From IMG/VR virus record IMGVR_UViG_3300042389_001427, positions 7,941-71,940 of that record: a stretch of 64,000 nt of DNA; one strand, given 5' to 3'. The notes under the pieces were generated by a model, which was not told the DNA's origin, did no database searches, and saw only the letters and a program-made list of their open reading frames with translations. The position numbers were made by a program, and so were the translations under genes. This document shows positions 10,738-20,372 of this stretch, one piece after another; position 1 is the stretch's first letter, and every line of letters begins with the position of its first letter. This stretch comes from a virus.

Positions 10738-10950
10738 CTATTTTAATCGAAGCAAGTCTCTTCTTTCTGCTTCAAATTTTTCGAACAAGTGATCCGCCAT
10801 TATTTTGGCTTGATCGTAGTTTTTAAGCTCAAGAAGCCCGCAAACTATTTTTAAGCGTTCGTGGGCATCGATCCATTGATCGTAAATGCGCTCAAAGGCT
10901 TCCAACAATTCTACTGATTCACTCTTTCGGGGACTTTTTCTTTTTCTCAT
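10738..10950 (-). CDS. Hypothetical protein
   Basis: ORF in packed minus-strand operon. Confidence 0.55.
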   Translation of the reverse strand: MRKRKSPRKSESVELLEAFERIYDQWIDAHERLKIVCGLLELKNYDQAKIMADHLFEKFEAERRDLLRLK

Positions 10951-11191
10951 TTGATACTTGTTCCGGGGACAGGGTTTCCAAGAGTTCTCCGATTGAGCCG
11001 GCCAACTTGGTCGCTGCTTGCGACCCGATTTCGGAGTAGCGAGCGGCCATGTCGTGAGCCCCCGCCTCGTAAGCGTGATTCCAACTCAAGTCGAAAAAGC
11101 GGCGGACTGCTTCCGGCGTTAATCGGCGGTCTTCTTCAAGGATTTCGGGGTTCGTCGTTATGAGAACCCTCCACAATTTTTCTTTGCTCAT
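10919..11191 (-). CDS. Hypothetical protein (paralog of 10013-10249)
   Basis: MSKEKLWRVLITTNP...LT...FDLSWNHA. Confidence 0.6.
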   Translation of the reverse strand: MSKEKLWRVLITTNPEILEEDRRLTPEAVRRFFDLSWNHAYEAGAHDMAARYSEIGSQAATKLAGSIGELLETLSPEQVSNEKKKKSPKE

Positions 11192-11546
11192 ATTTTTTTA
11201 ATTTGCGGAGAGCGGATCGGTAAAGGTGCTGCACCAAGTGGCATAGCGTTTCCTCTGCTCGATCGGTGTTCTCTCCTATGTGTTTCGTTAAAAACCCGTG
11301 GGCGACATGGACAAGTTCGTGAACGAGCGTTCCAACGACGCCTTCGGATTCGGGCCACTCCATCAACCAAACAAAACTTCTGTTTTGGTGAGTCAGGGCC
11401 CACCCTGCGGCATCATCAAGCGTTTCAAGATTTTCGGGCGCGGCTTTTGTCCAAGACTCACAAGCCTTGGCAGCGGAATGCAAATCGCCTCCGATTTGAA
11501 ATTTTACCGCAAGTCCAAAAGTATGCTCGGTAATCGTAAAACGCAT
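11136..11546 (-). CDS. Small HExxH metallopeptidase-like protein
   Basis: TLVHELVHVA plus downstream EETLC. Confidence 0.65.
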   Translation of the reverse strand: MRFTITEHTFGLAVKFQIGGDLHSAAKACESWTKAAPENLETLDDAAGWALTHQNRSFVWLMEWPESEGVVGTLVHELVHVAHGFLTKHIGENTDRAEETLCHLVQHLYRSALRKLKKYEQRKIVEGSHNDEPRNP

Positions 11547-11571
11547 TGATGAAACCTACAGGGTTATTTTT

Positions 11572-11925
11572 TTATTTCAATGTCCTTCCGATGCTTGGGT
11601 TTCGTTGGACAATTTTGTGGCAATACCACCTCGCGGTCTGCCGTGCCTTTTGCAGTATAAGATCATCGCTTGAACCGGCGGCACACTTCTCAAGGCAGAG
11701 GCGCACCCCGGCGCACACCTCGATTAACGCATCGACTGAAACACGGCTAAACGGATGGTAGCGAGTGTGTCGTGCGACATCGAGAATGTATTGTTTGGCA
11801 AGCGACTGTTTCACAAGACGGCGAAAATCGCCGGCATGGAGCTTGTAATACCGCAAAACCGCGGCCTTGTTGACTAAACAAACCGAAGCATCAATTGGAT
11901 TTGCCTTTTCTTTTTCCAAGGTCAT
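11572..11925 (-). CDS. Hypothetical protein
   Basis: ATGA overlap with the upstream gene; 117 aa. Confidence 0.55.
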   Translation of the reverse strand: MTLEKEKANPIDASVCLVNKAAVLRYYKLHAGDFRRLVKQSLAKQYILDVARHTRYHPFSRVSVDALIEVCAGVRLCLEKCAAGSSDDLILQKARQTARWYCHKIVQRNPSIGRTLK

Positions 11926-12155
11926 ATGACAATTGTTATTTTTTTGCTTGGTTCCTTTTTAGGGCGGTAGATTAAATCATCGGGCGGCTTTTCTTTGCAG
12001 CTTGTTAGCGCAAGCAATAGGAACAAGCGCAGTATGAAACGAAGCCAACGCGGGCCTATGATAGGACTCTTGGTTTTTTTCACGGCTCCAGTTAGTCGGA
12101 GATACGCGGATGGCGGCAGGCAGCTTTGGTTTGGGTTGTAATCTCGGTAGTTCAT
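11922..12155 (-). CDS. Hypothetical protein, possible lipoprotein
   Basis: AAAGGA SD; hydrophobic FILRLFLLLALTSC lipobox-like stretch. Confidence 0.55.
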   Translation of the reverse strand: MNYRDYNPNQSCLPPSAYLRLTGAVKKTKSPIIGPRWLRFILRLFLLLALTSCKEKPPDDLIYRPKKEPSKKITIVI

Positions 12156-12201
12156 TATGTTCCTTTCTTGGGTTATTAAGACAATGCAGGGTTATTATTG
12201 T

Positions 12202-12504
12202 TCAATCTGTTTCTATGGCGAAACGGAGGGTTAACCAACTTGTGCCAACATTGGCATCAAATTGCTTGTATAGCCGATTCGAAATATCGATCCATTGGGG
12301 ATCGCTCCAATCGGCGAGCATGGTATCCGAATCCCAAGGCGACTCGGAGTCATCTTTGTCTTCTCGGATGAACTCAAAGTCATCCGGGGTCCAGGCCTCC
12401 AAGTAAACTTGCGGATACTTGTCCCGCAGTTTTTGCAAATCCCCGAAAAATGAGGATTGGCGTTTTGCTTTGGCGGGTTTCTTTTTACTTATCTTTTTAC
12501 TCAT
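12202..12504 (-). CDS. Hypothetical protein
   Basis: AGAAAGGA SD upstream of ATG. Confidence 0.7.
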   Translation of the reverse strand: MSKKISKKKPAKAKRQSSFFGDLQKLRDKYPQVYLEAWTPDDFEFIREDKDDSESPWDSDTMLADWSDPQWIDISNRLYKQFDANVGTSWLTLRFAIETD

Positions 12505-12516
12505 GGTTTCCTTTCT

Positions 12517-12834
12517 TTAGTTTAGTTCACGGATGATCCGCATCCGCTCGGCGAGTAGCCATTTCCCGCCTTGTGAGGCGGGCCTGGCATACTCGGTGAA
12601 TTGTTCCACCGACACTTCGCACCACACACGGCGCTCGCCGTTTCGTAGCTCCGTCTTGAGGTGTGGCGCTTCGGGGGTTGGGGCGCAATGCCACCCAGGG
12701 CGCACCGCAAAGCCCTTTGTCGGGTGATTCTCTGCCGGGAGCCACTCCCCGTAGGGAATGACTTGCTTGCGGTTGATGAAGAGCGGGCCAAGCGACCCGT
12801 CCCTGCGTTTGCGTAGAAGTTTATAAGCCGTCAT
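12517..12834 (-). CDS. Conserved phage hypothetical protein
   Basis: MTAYKLLRKRRDGSLGPLFIN...RPGWHC...SQGGKW; start moved to the ATG at 12834. Confidence 0.7.
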   Translation of the reverse strand: MTAYKLLRKRRDGSLGPLFINRKQVIPYGEWLPAENHPTKGFAVRPGWHCAPTPEAPHLKTELRNGERRVWCEVSVEQFTEYARPASQGGKWLLAERMRIIRELN

Positions 12835-12847
12835 ATAGGTTGCGGGG

Positions 12848-13555
12848 TTATGACTGCCAAACAACGAAGCCGTCTTGGCGGTCTTTCTTGGCGCGCCCCT
12901 TGGCCCGCAGACCGACGATCACGCCGCGCGGATCAAGGAAACGCAAATCGTGCGCGTCGCCATCCACTACATCCGTTCCAAGGTATTTCTCGGGCAGCCC
13001 GCCGCCGAATACTACCGCTACATTCCCGCCGCCCTCGATGGTCTGGCGCACCGCGCCATCATTGGATTCCGACCTGGAGAAAGTTAGCCGATAGTTTTTG
13101 GGCATTCCTCCCTGCAGGTATCGTGCCATACGATCCGGGTTTTTGGTGTAGTCGTAGAAAACAATGTCACCATGCCGCGACATTAAGTTCACTTTACGAT
13201 AGCCTCCGATAGCCTCCCAAGGGAGATCGCTGGTTCCGTTAAGGCGGATTGCGAGGCTCAATCCTGCGCGCTTCGCCTTGCGCTTTGCGGCCTCAATGCC
13301 CGTGTCGAGGAGTTCCACAAATTCCTTGGGGTCTTTATGGAACAACAGAGTTTTCTGCAAGCGGGCCGCTTGGGTTCGCTTAAAGGCGCCGCGCCCGGCC
13401 CAAAACAGGCAATCCGCCGCGCATCTTTCGGATGCGTGGGGGCATAGGTTGCGCCCCGACAAGTTGTGCGGGGACAGGTATAGAATCCCTGTGAGCCATC
13501 CGAGACTCTCGCCTTTGGTTGTTTTTGCGTTTTGGTATGTGATGAGTTCTTTCAT
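12848..13555 (-). CDS. GP88-family protein (Cys-triad, possible Fe-S)
   Basis: LCPHASERCAADC, IRLNGTSDLPWE, FYDYTK, LTFSRSE, DGDAHDLRFLD, GLRAKG; SD present. Confidence 0.85.
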   Translation of the reverse strand: MKELITYQNAKTTKGESLGWLTGILYLSPHNLSGRNLCPHASERCAADCLFWAGRGAFKRTQAARLQKTLLFHKDPKEFVELLDTGIEAAKRKAKRAGLSLAIRLNGTSDLPWEAIGGYRKVNLMSRHGDIVFYDYTKNPDRMARYLQGGMPKNYRLTFSRSESNDGAVRQTIEGGGNVAVVFGGGLPEKYLGTDVVDGDAHDLRFLDPRGVIVGLRAKGRAKKDRQDGFVVWQS

Positions 13556-13580
13556 AGTATTCCTTTCTTTTGGGTTAATT

Positions 13581-13796
13581 TTACCAGCGTGAATTTACAG
13601 CATCGGCTTGACGATCCGCCCAAACCGACGCGAGGCTTTTAAATTGCTCAAGTGCCGCCTCTTTGGACTCACCGTCTTCGATGTGTTCCATGATTTCAGT
13701 AATCGACCAGCACTCAACAATGACATCCCATCCACCGTCTCCGTAATGCTCCTTGGCGTGGTCATAAATAAAATTAGCGATCTGTTCTTTGTTCAT
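13581..13796 (-). CDS. Hypothetical protein
   Basis: Starts after the conserved leader module (MNKEQIANF). Confidence 0.7.
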   Translation of the reverse strand: MNKEQIANFIYDHAKEHYGDGGWDVIVECWSITEIMEHIEDGESKEAALEQFKSLASVWADRQADAVNSRW

Positions 13797-13866
13797 GTTA
13801 TTTCCTTTCTTGTTTGGGTTAATGTTCCGGGGGGAACAGGTTGTAAGGTTATTAACTAAATAAACT

Positions 13867-14070
13867 TTAGTCAAACCCTAAAACTCTCAAGTTATCTGCG
13901 TTGTTCCAATCGGTGTCCCAATCATTGGCGGTTCGCCAATACGGGGACCCCCATTGCTTGGATTCAATGCTCTTAGCCACCTTTTCATCGGCGGCTGCTT
14001 GGGACTTTGCTTCGACTTCGATTGTGCAATACGAAGACACAGTGACCGCAAGAGTAACCGGGTATTTCAT
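13867..14070 (-). CDS. Hypothetical protein
   Basis: ATGA overlap; GAAAGG SD. Confidence 0.6.
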   Translation of the reverse strand: MKYPVTLAVTVSSYCTIEVEAKSQAAADEKVAKSIESKQWGSPYWRTANDWDTDWNNADNLRVLGFD

Positions 14071-14351
14071 ATGAGTTCATACCTTTCATGTTGCCGCACC
14101 ATGAAATCGAAGTGAGCCCAAATCGCTTGGTTTATTCGCTCAAGCTCATCTTCGCCGGAGAGATACTGCCAAGTTGACAGGAAAAAATCGGTCAACTTCT
14201 CACAGATCGGCAAAGCCTCCATCTCATCAAGAGAAACATCGCTCCCTTGTTGATAATTCAGACCGATAATTTCATCGTCATTCACTTTAACAACGAGCAC
14301 ATATCGGTCGTGTCCTTGGCACCAGTGTATTTCTCTGCTTTGTATTTTCAT
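14067..14351 (-). CDS. Hypothetical protein
   Basis: ATGA overlap at 14348-14351; GGAGG upstream. Confidence 0.6.
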   Translation of the reverse strand: MKIQSREIHWCQGHDRYVLVVKVNDDEIIGLNYQQGSDVSLDEMEALPICEKLTDFFLSTWQYLSGEDELERINQAIWAHFDFMVRQHERYELI

Positions 14352-14617
14352 ACCGATGCCTTCCTCCCTTCTGCCTTGGCAATCGCTTTCTCCGCAATAG
14401 CAATCCAATCTCCATAGAGATTTTCGCCATCACAGTTTTCGCGCATGGCCGCCGCGAGGCGGGACAAAGCGTCGAGCATATCGGGGGCGGCCGAAATTAA
14501 ATCCCCGTTCCATGCGTCTTTGCGGTAAGTCAACATACAAATCGCTTTGTCATCGGGGCCCACTACCTTGCCCCAACCCAAAGCCCACGGGCCTTTTGAG
14601 TGTGTTTGTGTATCCAT
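14348..14617 (-). CDS. Phage early hypothetical protein (HxxGPW...LISAAPDML family)
   Basis: HSKGPW, LISAAPDMLDAL, AIAKAEG; SD. Confidence 0.75.
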   Translation of the reverse strand: MDTQTHSKGPWALGWGKVVGPDDKAICMLTYRKDAWNGDLISAAPDMLDALSRLAAAMRENCDGENLYGDWIAIAEKAIAKAEGRKASV

Positions 14618-14631
14618 AATTTAGTTCCTTT

Positions 14632-14868
14632 CTATTTTGAGTTTCGGGAGCGGACTGATATGCGGGCGATTTCGGCGTCTACCTGCCGAAAGAACGCCGC
14701 AATTTGTTTTTTGGTCGGCGCTGCGACGGCAATTAATATGTGCCGCCCATCCGGGGAATCGTATGCATGAAGTTGGGGGAACTTCCGGGCTGCCAGCATA
14801 AGCACCTCAATGTCGTGCGCCCCGATATCCGATATGGGGATCGCGTCTGCGATAGGGTTTTTTTTCAT
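14632..14868 (-). CDS. Hypothetical protein
   Basis: AAAGGA SD and a degenerate leader module. Confidence 0.6.
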   Translation of the reverse strand: MKKNPIADAIPISDIGAHDIEVLMLAARKFPQLHAYDSPDGRHILIAVAAPTKKQIAAFFRQVDAEIARISVRSRNSK

Positions 14869-14987
14869 TGTGTTTCCTTTCTTTGGTTTGGGTTTACGCC
14901 CTGGGGGAAATTAACTACCGATTTCGCATGAATTGGTAGTTCGTCGGTAGTTCGCAAATCAGATGTATCCGTTGAACGGATTTGCGA

Positions 14988-15506
14988 TTACGCCAACAAA
15001 TCGCTAGCACATCCTAAAAAGCTCCGACCTTTCGCACAGGCGATCATATCGGTTAGTGAATCGAATCGGAAGTCGCTTCGGTTCCGGCGTATGTAGCTCA
15101 ATCTTTCTCGGGTGTTGTAGCAGTCAGACCAGATGCGATCCGCTTCTTCCTGTTCGCGCTGGCAATACTTCTCCTCATCGAGAACCGGGTAATCGGAAAG
15201 GCTAGCGTGTATGCCTTGGGCGATCGGCATTTTGTCAGAACCCTCTCGAACCGAAAGGGCTTCCCACCAACCGCAAGCCCAGTGGCCGAAGCGGTCGATG
15301 GTAACATCCTCGCCCTCCCCTCCGAGTTCCTCCAAGGCTACGCTCCAATTGCTCTCGGTAAGAATGTCGGAGTCGCGGCTTCGTGTCATCACAACCCGCC
15401 AGCAATCCTCGGGGATTTCCCCCGCGTAGTTGCTTAACGAGTCAAACCCGCTGGGGTTTTTTATCACATCGGATAACTTCGGCAGTTCAATTTCATTCAG
15501 GTGCAT
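14988..15506 (-). CDS. Conserved phage hypothetical protein
   Basis: SRDSDILTESNW, RFGHWACGWWE, LSDYPVLDEE; SD before MHLNEI. Confidence 0.75.
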   Translation of the reverse strand: MHLNEIELPKLSDVIKNPSGFDSLSNYAGEIPEDCWRVVMTRSRDSDILTESNWSVALEELGGEGEDVTIDRFGHWACGWWEALSVREGSDKMPIAQGIHASLSDYPVLDEEKYCQREQEEADRIWSDCYNTRERLSYIRRNRSDFRFDSLTDMIACAKGRSFLGCASDLLA

Positions 15507-15696
15507 TTTCTTGGTTCCTTTCTTGTTGGATTTTGTTTTTGCAGACATTCACCAGCATCTCCTGCGTTATCTTGGTTCCGCAGCGAGAGGTGTAGTCCAC
15601 GGGTTCATCGGGGAATTCCGGCGTTGAGACTTTGATGCCATCGAATTGGACATCGAAGACTTCGCCCGCAATGCGTAAGGTTATAATTAGGTTCAT
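15493..15696 (-). CDS. Hypothetical protein
   Basis: ATGA overlap; GGAGG SD. Confidence 0.55.
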   Translation of the reverse strand: MNLIITLRIAGEVFDVQFDGIKVSTPEFPDEPVDYTSRCGTKITQEMLVNVCKNKIQQERNQENAPE

Positions 15697-16265
15697 GGGT
15701 TATTATTCCTCCCGCTCATAATCATCCATGTGTTCAGATCGAAGTCCGCAAAAGTGACGCCCGGATAGAGCTTCTTGATGCGGCGAATCGCTTTGGCTTC
15801 CAGCTGCGAATACAGCTTCGTGGCCTTACCCGGCGTCGTTCGCGGAACGCGCCTCATGCGGCACGATTCGCGCAGCCAACGCAAGAGATGGGTGTCGAGC
15901 ACCACATACTCCTGGGAAGGGCGCGAGTGCAGGAGAAACATCCGCGCCGTCTTGGGCCCCATGCCGGGTATGCAGAGCAACTCGTTGAGCGAGCACTTCT
16001 GCAAATCCAAATCCAAAACAGCGAGTGTCGTCGGGACTGTTCTTTGTTTATACGGGCCTAGCCCGACACGCCGCATCGACACCTCAACGCCGACTTCTTT
16101 GAGCCGCTGGAAGGGGCTCCCGCTGCCTAAATAAGTAAGCAGTTGGTTGATCTTCGCGGCGGCAATGTCGCTGCGCTTCCCGGCTACAGCGATACAGAAG
16201 AGCATGAACTCCTGTAGCTCGTCGTCCGTGCGCTCAAAGTTGGTCACGCTTGTCGGATCAATCAT
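15693..16265 (-). CDS. HhH DNA glycosylase/AP lyase (OGG2-like)
   Basis: HhH LLCIPGMGPKTARMF with catalytic Lys; VVLDTHLLRWL with catalytic Asp. Confidence 0.75.
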   Translation of the reverse strand: MIDPTSVTNFERTDDELQEFMLFCIAVAGKRSDIAAAKINQLLTYLGSGSPFQRLKEVGVEVSMRRVGLGPYKQRTVPTTLAVLDLDLQKCSLNELLCIPGMGPKTARMFLLHSRPSQEYVVLDTHLLRWLRESCRMRRVPRTTPGKATKLYSQLEAKAIRRIKKLYPGVTFADFDLNTWMIMSGRNNNP

Positions 16266-16854
16266 CGGACACCTCCGTCTCTTCAGAGAATTTCTTTCTT
16301 ATAGGAGTCCATTTGAATTTGTCTGAATACTCCCCGTGCCGAAACGATTCTTGCAGGTCTTTCGGCGCCTGCCGCGCCTCTTTGTATACTTTCTCTTGAG
16401 TGCCCTCAATTTTAGCAATTAAGCGCCCGATCCAGAATCCGCCTTCATCGGCGAAATCCAATTGCAAGTCGAAGCCGGTTCGTTCAGCCAATGTTTTAAT
16501 GATGGGGCGAGGGGGCTCCCATGCAGTGAAAAACCGCAACTCGGTCCAGTCTTCCCCTTCCCCGTTCTTATCAACCATGTAGCTATTCCACTTGGTTCCC
16601 CAATGGTGGACCGCCCAGCGATCCGCGCTCTCAAAGCCATACATTTTGAGGTTCTCGGCTAGCCTTTCGTTAAGCTCTGTTTTTCGCCGCTCGTCAAGCT
16701 GTATGTCGAGAGACAGATTTAGAGCATCGGGCAAGGGGACAATTTTGTTGAAGTCTAATATCTCGTTGCCGCCCTCAACAGTCATGTATCTTTGAAGAGG
16801 TCGGAGTGTTCCGCCGTCGAGGCGGGTCAATATGTTTAGCGTATTGTTTGGCAT
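16258..16854 (-). CDS. DUF1281/YubB ferredoxin-like domain protein
   Basis: MPN start, LDFNKIVPLP, WAVHHWGTKWN, FFTAWEPP, FADEG. Confidence 0.8.
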   Translation of the reverse strand: MPNNTLNILTRLDGGTLRPLQRYMTVEGGNEILDFNKIVPLPDALNLSLDIQLDERRKTELNERLAENLKMYGFESADRWAVHHWGTKWNSYMVDKNGEGEDWTELRFFTAWEPPRPIIKTLAERTGFDLQLDFADEGGFWIGRLIAKIEGTQEKVYKEARQAPKDLQESFRHGEYSDKFKWTPIRKKFSEETEVSDD

Positions 16855-16899
16855 AGGTTATTTTTCCTTTCTTGTTGGTTGTTTAGATTCAAACAGCGA

Positions 16900-17310
16900 T
16901 TACTTGGCTAACATCGCAAGGCGCTCGATCAGAGCGTTCTTGGCATCTTCAAGGGTCACATTTTTTCTGTTGTCTCTGCAGCTATACCCATAATCGAGGT
17001 CGAAAGACCCGTCCTCATGGGATGAAACGCGGAGCTTTCCAGAGTAGCGAGCCATAATTTCGACAGAAATAATCGCGTCCCTATGAATCCAAGCGCCAAC
17101 GAGGTATGGGTCTTTCGGCCTAATGCTTATTATAGGCCACTCGGATTTTTCTTTGGCGGGCAAGTCGGCGACCTCCTCGATTAGTTGTTTAATAGGGGCA
17201 AAGACGCGGATACGGGCCTCCTGGTCGGCGCGTTGCTTGGCTTTCTTTAAATCCTCCTCTGCTCGGACTGCGTTTTGTTTTGCTTTGATGAGTTCAATTG
17301 TTGCGTTCAT
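16900..17310 (-). CDS. Hypothetical protein
   Basis: Follows the conserved leader module. Confidence 0.7.
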   Translation of the reverse strand: MNATIELIKAKQNAVRAEEDLKKAKQRADQEARIRVFAPIKQLIEEVADLPAKEKSEWPIISIRPKDPYLVGAWIHRDAIISVEIMARYSGKLRVSSHEDGSFDLDYGYSCRDNRKNVTLEDAKNALIERLAMLAK

Positions 17311-17370
17311 ATGTATTATCCTTTCTTGTTTGGGTTAAGCGTTCCGGGGGGAACGAATGGCAGCTATCCG

Positions 17371-17682
17371 TCACACGACGTCCCCGACATAGACTTGGCG
17401 TCTGTAGAAGTTGGCGTCCCCGAAGAGTTCGCGGTCGCTAATTTTGCCGAGGGCTTCGATCGACTCCGCCAAGCTCTTGGCCAAGCTCTTGTCTTCCTCA
17501 CTCTCGTAACAATCCCAGAGGCTCTCGGCATCGGGTTTTTGTCGTTTGAAGGTTAGGATGTGGATGCAATACGCCTCGTCCTTGCAGCCCCATATCTCGG
17601 GATTGAGCGGATGGATATATACCATCCTGTCTCTCATGCCGCTGCGTTGGATTGCTTCTCGTATTTTGTTTTGTAGTTTCAT
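17371..17682 (-). CDS. Hypothetical protein
   Basis: Follows the conserved leader module. Confidence 0.7.
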   Translation of the reverse strand: MKLQNKIREAIQRSGMRDRMVYIHPLNPEIWGCKDEAYCIHILTFKRQKPDAESLWDCYESEEDKSLAKSLAESIEALGKISDRELFGDANFYRRQVYVGDVV

Positions 17683-17765
17683 TGGTCGGTTTTCCTTTCT
17701 TGTTTGGGTTATGTTCTGGGGGGAACTGGGGGCTATCCGTTTAACGGATTACCCGCTCCGCTACT

Positions 17766-19223
17766 TCATAAACCCGGAAGAATAGTAGGGGGTTGCGGGG
17801 TTATGACACGCGGGCGGCGGTAGCGGGCGAGTCGAATGTCCGATTCGTTGAACATTTGAATATACGCCATCGCCATGTCGTGGGCACGGGCATCGCGCCC
17901 GTGGCGGGCCTTGGCTCGGAACTTCTTGAGAACCCAGCGAAGCACATCGGGGGCCCCGACGGCGGCCCATCGGGCGAAGTCCATCCACGCAAACCGGGAA
18001 TTGTCGTTCCTAATAAGCGGAGGGTTCTGCAACCAATGCGGGACAGGTGGGTTGTCGTATCCTTCGCGGCGGCATTCCGGGTTTGTGAAGCCGCCGGGTG
18101 TCGGGACGGCAACGACTTGCGGGCAGGCCGCTCGGAGTTCAGGCGTAGAGTGGCCGTGATAAGTCTCGGAAAACTCGGCCCAACGGGCCATGGCTTTCAT
18201 AAACTCCGAACGCTGGAACCACTCTTTCGAGTTGCGGGTCGGCCCCCAAAGCCGAATTTCCACAGTCCCGAAGTCATCCCACTTGTTAGCCGATATCGCG
18301 GCAAACTTATGGCGTTTCGCCAATCGCCATTCGCGCTGCGTAGCATCGACAGCGGTGTGACGGTGGTTGCGGCGGGTGTAGGTTTCCAAGTAACGGAACC
18401 AAGACAAGTGGTAGCGGAACGCAAAGTATGTGCGCTGCCCGATCCACTCATCCTTCTTGCAGTTGAGGTGGATGTGCCCACCATTCCGCGACCCAGGCCC
18501 CAAGCGTATAACTCGCTTGCACGCCAAGTTCGGCAAAGTGCCCTTGATTCGGAAACGAATCTCGGGCTGGCCGCCTCCATCATAGCCGCACTTCCAATAC
18601 TCGCGATCGATGCGGGCCACTCGGGTTTGGTAGTTGGCCCGCGAACACTCCAACTCTCCGCTGCACTCATAGAGCGGGAGGCGCAGGTAATACGGCTCCT
18701 CTTCCAAGGGCTTGGGGGCCTTTGTTTCGATGTAAGTCCTCTCCGTATTTCGGAGGAACTCCCCGACTTGCTTCCGCAAATCGAGCGGCTTGGTGCCGGC
18801 AAGCCAACTCCGAAGTTGAACAAATGTGTAGTCGCTCTTGGGGTGCCCCCAACAAGAGGCCATGAACTGATCGAGAAGTTCGCTCAACTTCCAGGATTTT
18901 CCCATGAAGTGGCTTGCGTATCGCCGTCCGCGCGCCGCCGAAACCACCAAGCGGGCCAAGGCCGTTCTGCTTTTGATTTTGCTCGGCTCTTGGGTGTCCC
19001 AACGCGCGCGGTGGCGCTTGACGGCTTTGCCGATGATCGCCCGCTCCTCGCGCTCAAGACCTCTGTAATACGGAATCGCAAAAAGATCGATCTCGTCAGG
19101 GTTGACATGGTTCTTGCTCAAAACCTGCTGCACTTCCCAATAACAGATTTTGAACCGATCGCTCACGCCGGGTATGGGTTGGTTGACAACTTCGATCAAT
19201 GATTTGTTTTGTAATACTGACAT
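17766..19223 (-). CDS. Putative amidoligase (COOH-NH2 ligase family)
   Basis: GELEC, YDGGG..EIR, GGHIHLN, KFAAIS, GTVEIRLWGPT; adjacent to a class-II GATase. Confidence 0.7.
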   Translation of the reverse strand: MSVLQNKSLIEVVNQPIPGVSDRFKICYWEVQQVLSKNHVNPDEIDLFAIPYYRGLEREERAIIGKAVKRHRARWDTQEPSKIKSRTALARLVVSAARGRRYASHFMGKSWKLSELLDQFMASCWGHPKSDYTFVQLRSWLAGTKPLDLRKQVGEFLRNTERTYIETKAPKPLEEEPYYLRLPLYECSGELECSRANYQTRVARIDREYWKCGYDGGGQPEIRFRIKGTLPNLACKRVIRLGPGSRNGGHIHLNCKKDEWIGQRTYFAFRYHLSWFRYLETYTRRNHRHTAVDATQREWRLAKRHKFAAISANKWDDFGTVEIRLWGPTRNSKEWFQRSEFMKAMARWAEFSETYHGHSTPELRAACPQVVAVPTPGGFTNPECRREGYDNPPVPHWLQNPPLIRNDNSRFAWMDFARWAAVGAPDVLRWVLKKFRAKARHGRDARAHDMAMAYIQMFNESDIRLARYRRPRVITPQPPTILPGL

Positions 19224-19295
19224 AGGTTATTTTCCTTTCGTTTGGTTTGGGTTTATGTTCCGAGGGGAACGAAGGGTTGAAATCCGTTGAACGGA

Positions 19296-20306
19296 TTAAT
19301 CAATGATGAGGCCGGAGTGTGACTTGGCTGCGGGATCGTAGTCGGGAAACGACTCGGCGGTTTGCGCGGAGGTTGTTTCGAGAGAGGCGCCGTCCCAATC
19401 GTCATCGAACTCCGCCTGGGTCATCGGACTGGAATGCCACTTGCGCCCGCCGTAAGAGCGAAAGCTGTCCGAGCAGCCCCCACCATTGTGGTTGATCTTG
19501 TAGCCGAGCGAACGCTGGGCGTAGCTTGCCTGCTTTGCGGTTGTTGCGCGGTGTGTCCACACCGAGACATCGGGGTCACCGCCGCGCGGCTTGAACTCCA
19601 ACCAAGTCCAAGCATCGAGCTTGTAAGCAATGAAGTTCTTGCAGCGCCAAGCCTCCCCCACGGCTTCCACAATATGCTCGGTTGTGCCGAACACCCACCG
19701 CCCCTTGGTGGTCACCGCGCCGTATAGCGAAGCGGTGTCATCCACGGCAACGATGAGGCGCCCATCCGGGGCGGCGGCGAGAAACGCGGCGTAGCCCGAG
19801 ATGTTTTCGAGTGCCTCCTTCTGCTGCTCGACGGAGTTGTGATCCGTGAAGCAGTATAAGAGATGTTGAGAGTCACAAGTCGCGGACTTGTGCTCATCGG
19901 TCTGCGCCCCGTTCCAACTCACGACGCCGTTGTGGGCGAGCGTCCATCCCTTGTGCCGGAATGGATGCGTGTTGTGCAGATCGATGCCGCAAGTGGCAGT
20001 CCTGCCGTGTGCGATGAGCGGTTTGTTCTTCGAGTAACGCCCTGTCTGCTCGGCGTGGGACGCCGCGCGGAACGCATCGAAGCCCCCACGGGAAAGGCGG
20101 CGGAGAAGCGGGAGCTCCTCCATGCCCTTGAAGTCATTGGGCTCCACGAAGCGGGCGTGGAGAGCGGATGCGCCGGGTTGCGCGAATCCGAACCCATCCT
20201 GCTGGGTCGGGGTTATTACTTTAGCCGCCGCACAAAGAGCGCGGTTGGCTGCGGGTTTGTTCAGGGGCAGTTGGTTGGACGATGTCCAGGCCATAAGTTT
20301 GCACAT
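19296..20306 (-). CDS. Class II (Ntn) glutamine amidotransferase
   Basis: Cys2 nucleophile (MCKL), QQDGFG, AHGRTAT, NTHPF, LAHNGVV, TCDS. Confidence 0.9.
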   Translation of the reverse strand: MCKLMAWTSSNQLPLNKPAANRALCAAAKVITPTQQDGFGFAQPGASALHARFVEPNDFKGMEELPLLRRLSRGGFDAFRAASHAEQTGRYSKNKPLIAHGRTATCGIDLHNTHPFRHKGWTLAHNGVVSWNGAQTDEHKSATCDSQHLLYCFTDHNSVEQQKEALENISGYAAFLAAAPDGRLIVAVDDTASLYGAVTTKGRWVFGTTEHIVEAVGEAWRCKNFIAYKLDAWTWLEFKPRGGDPDVSVWTHRATTAKQASYAQRSLGYKINHNGGGCSDSFRSYGGRKWHSSPMTQAEFDDDWDGASLETTSAQTAESFPDYDPAAKSHSGLIID

Positions 20307-20372
20307 ATGTATTTTTCCTTTCGTTTTTGTTTTGGTTTATGTTCCGAGGGGGAACAAAGGGTTGTTATCCGT

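Noticed and set aside
17793-19202. 469-aa plus-strand ORF
   Set aside because: Antisense shadow of the GC-rich amidoligase gene; no motifs or RBS.
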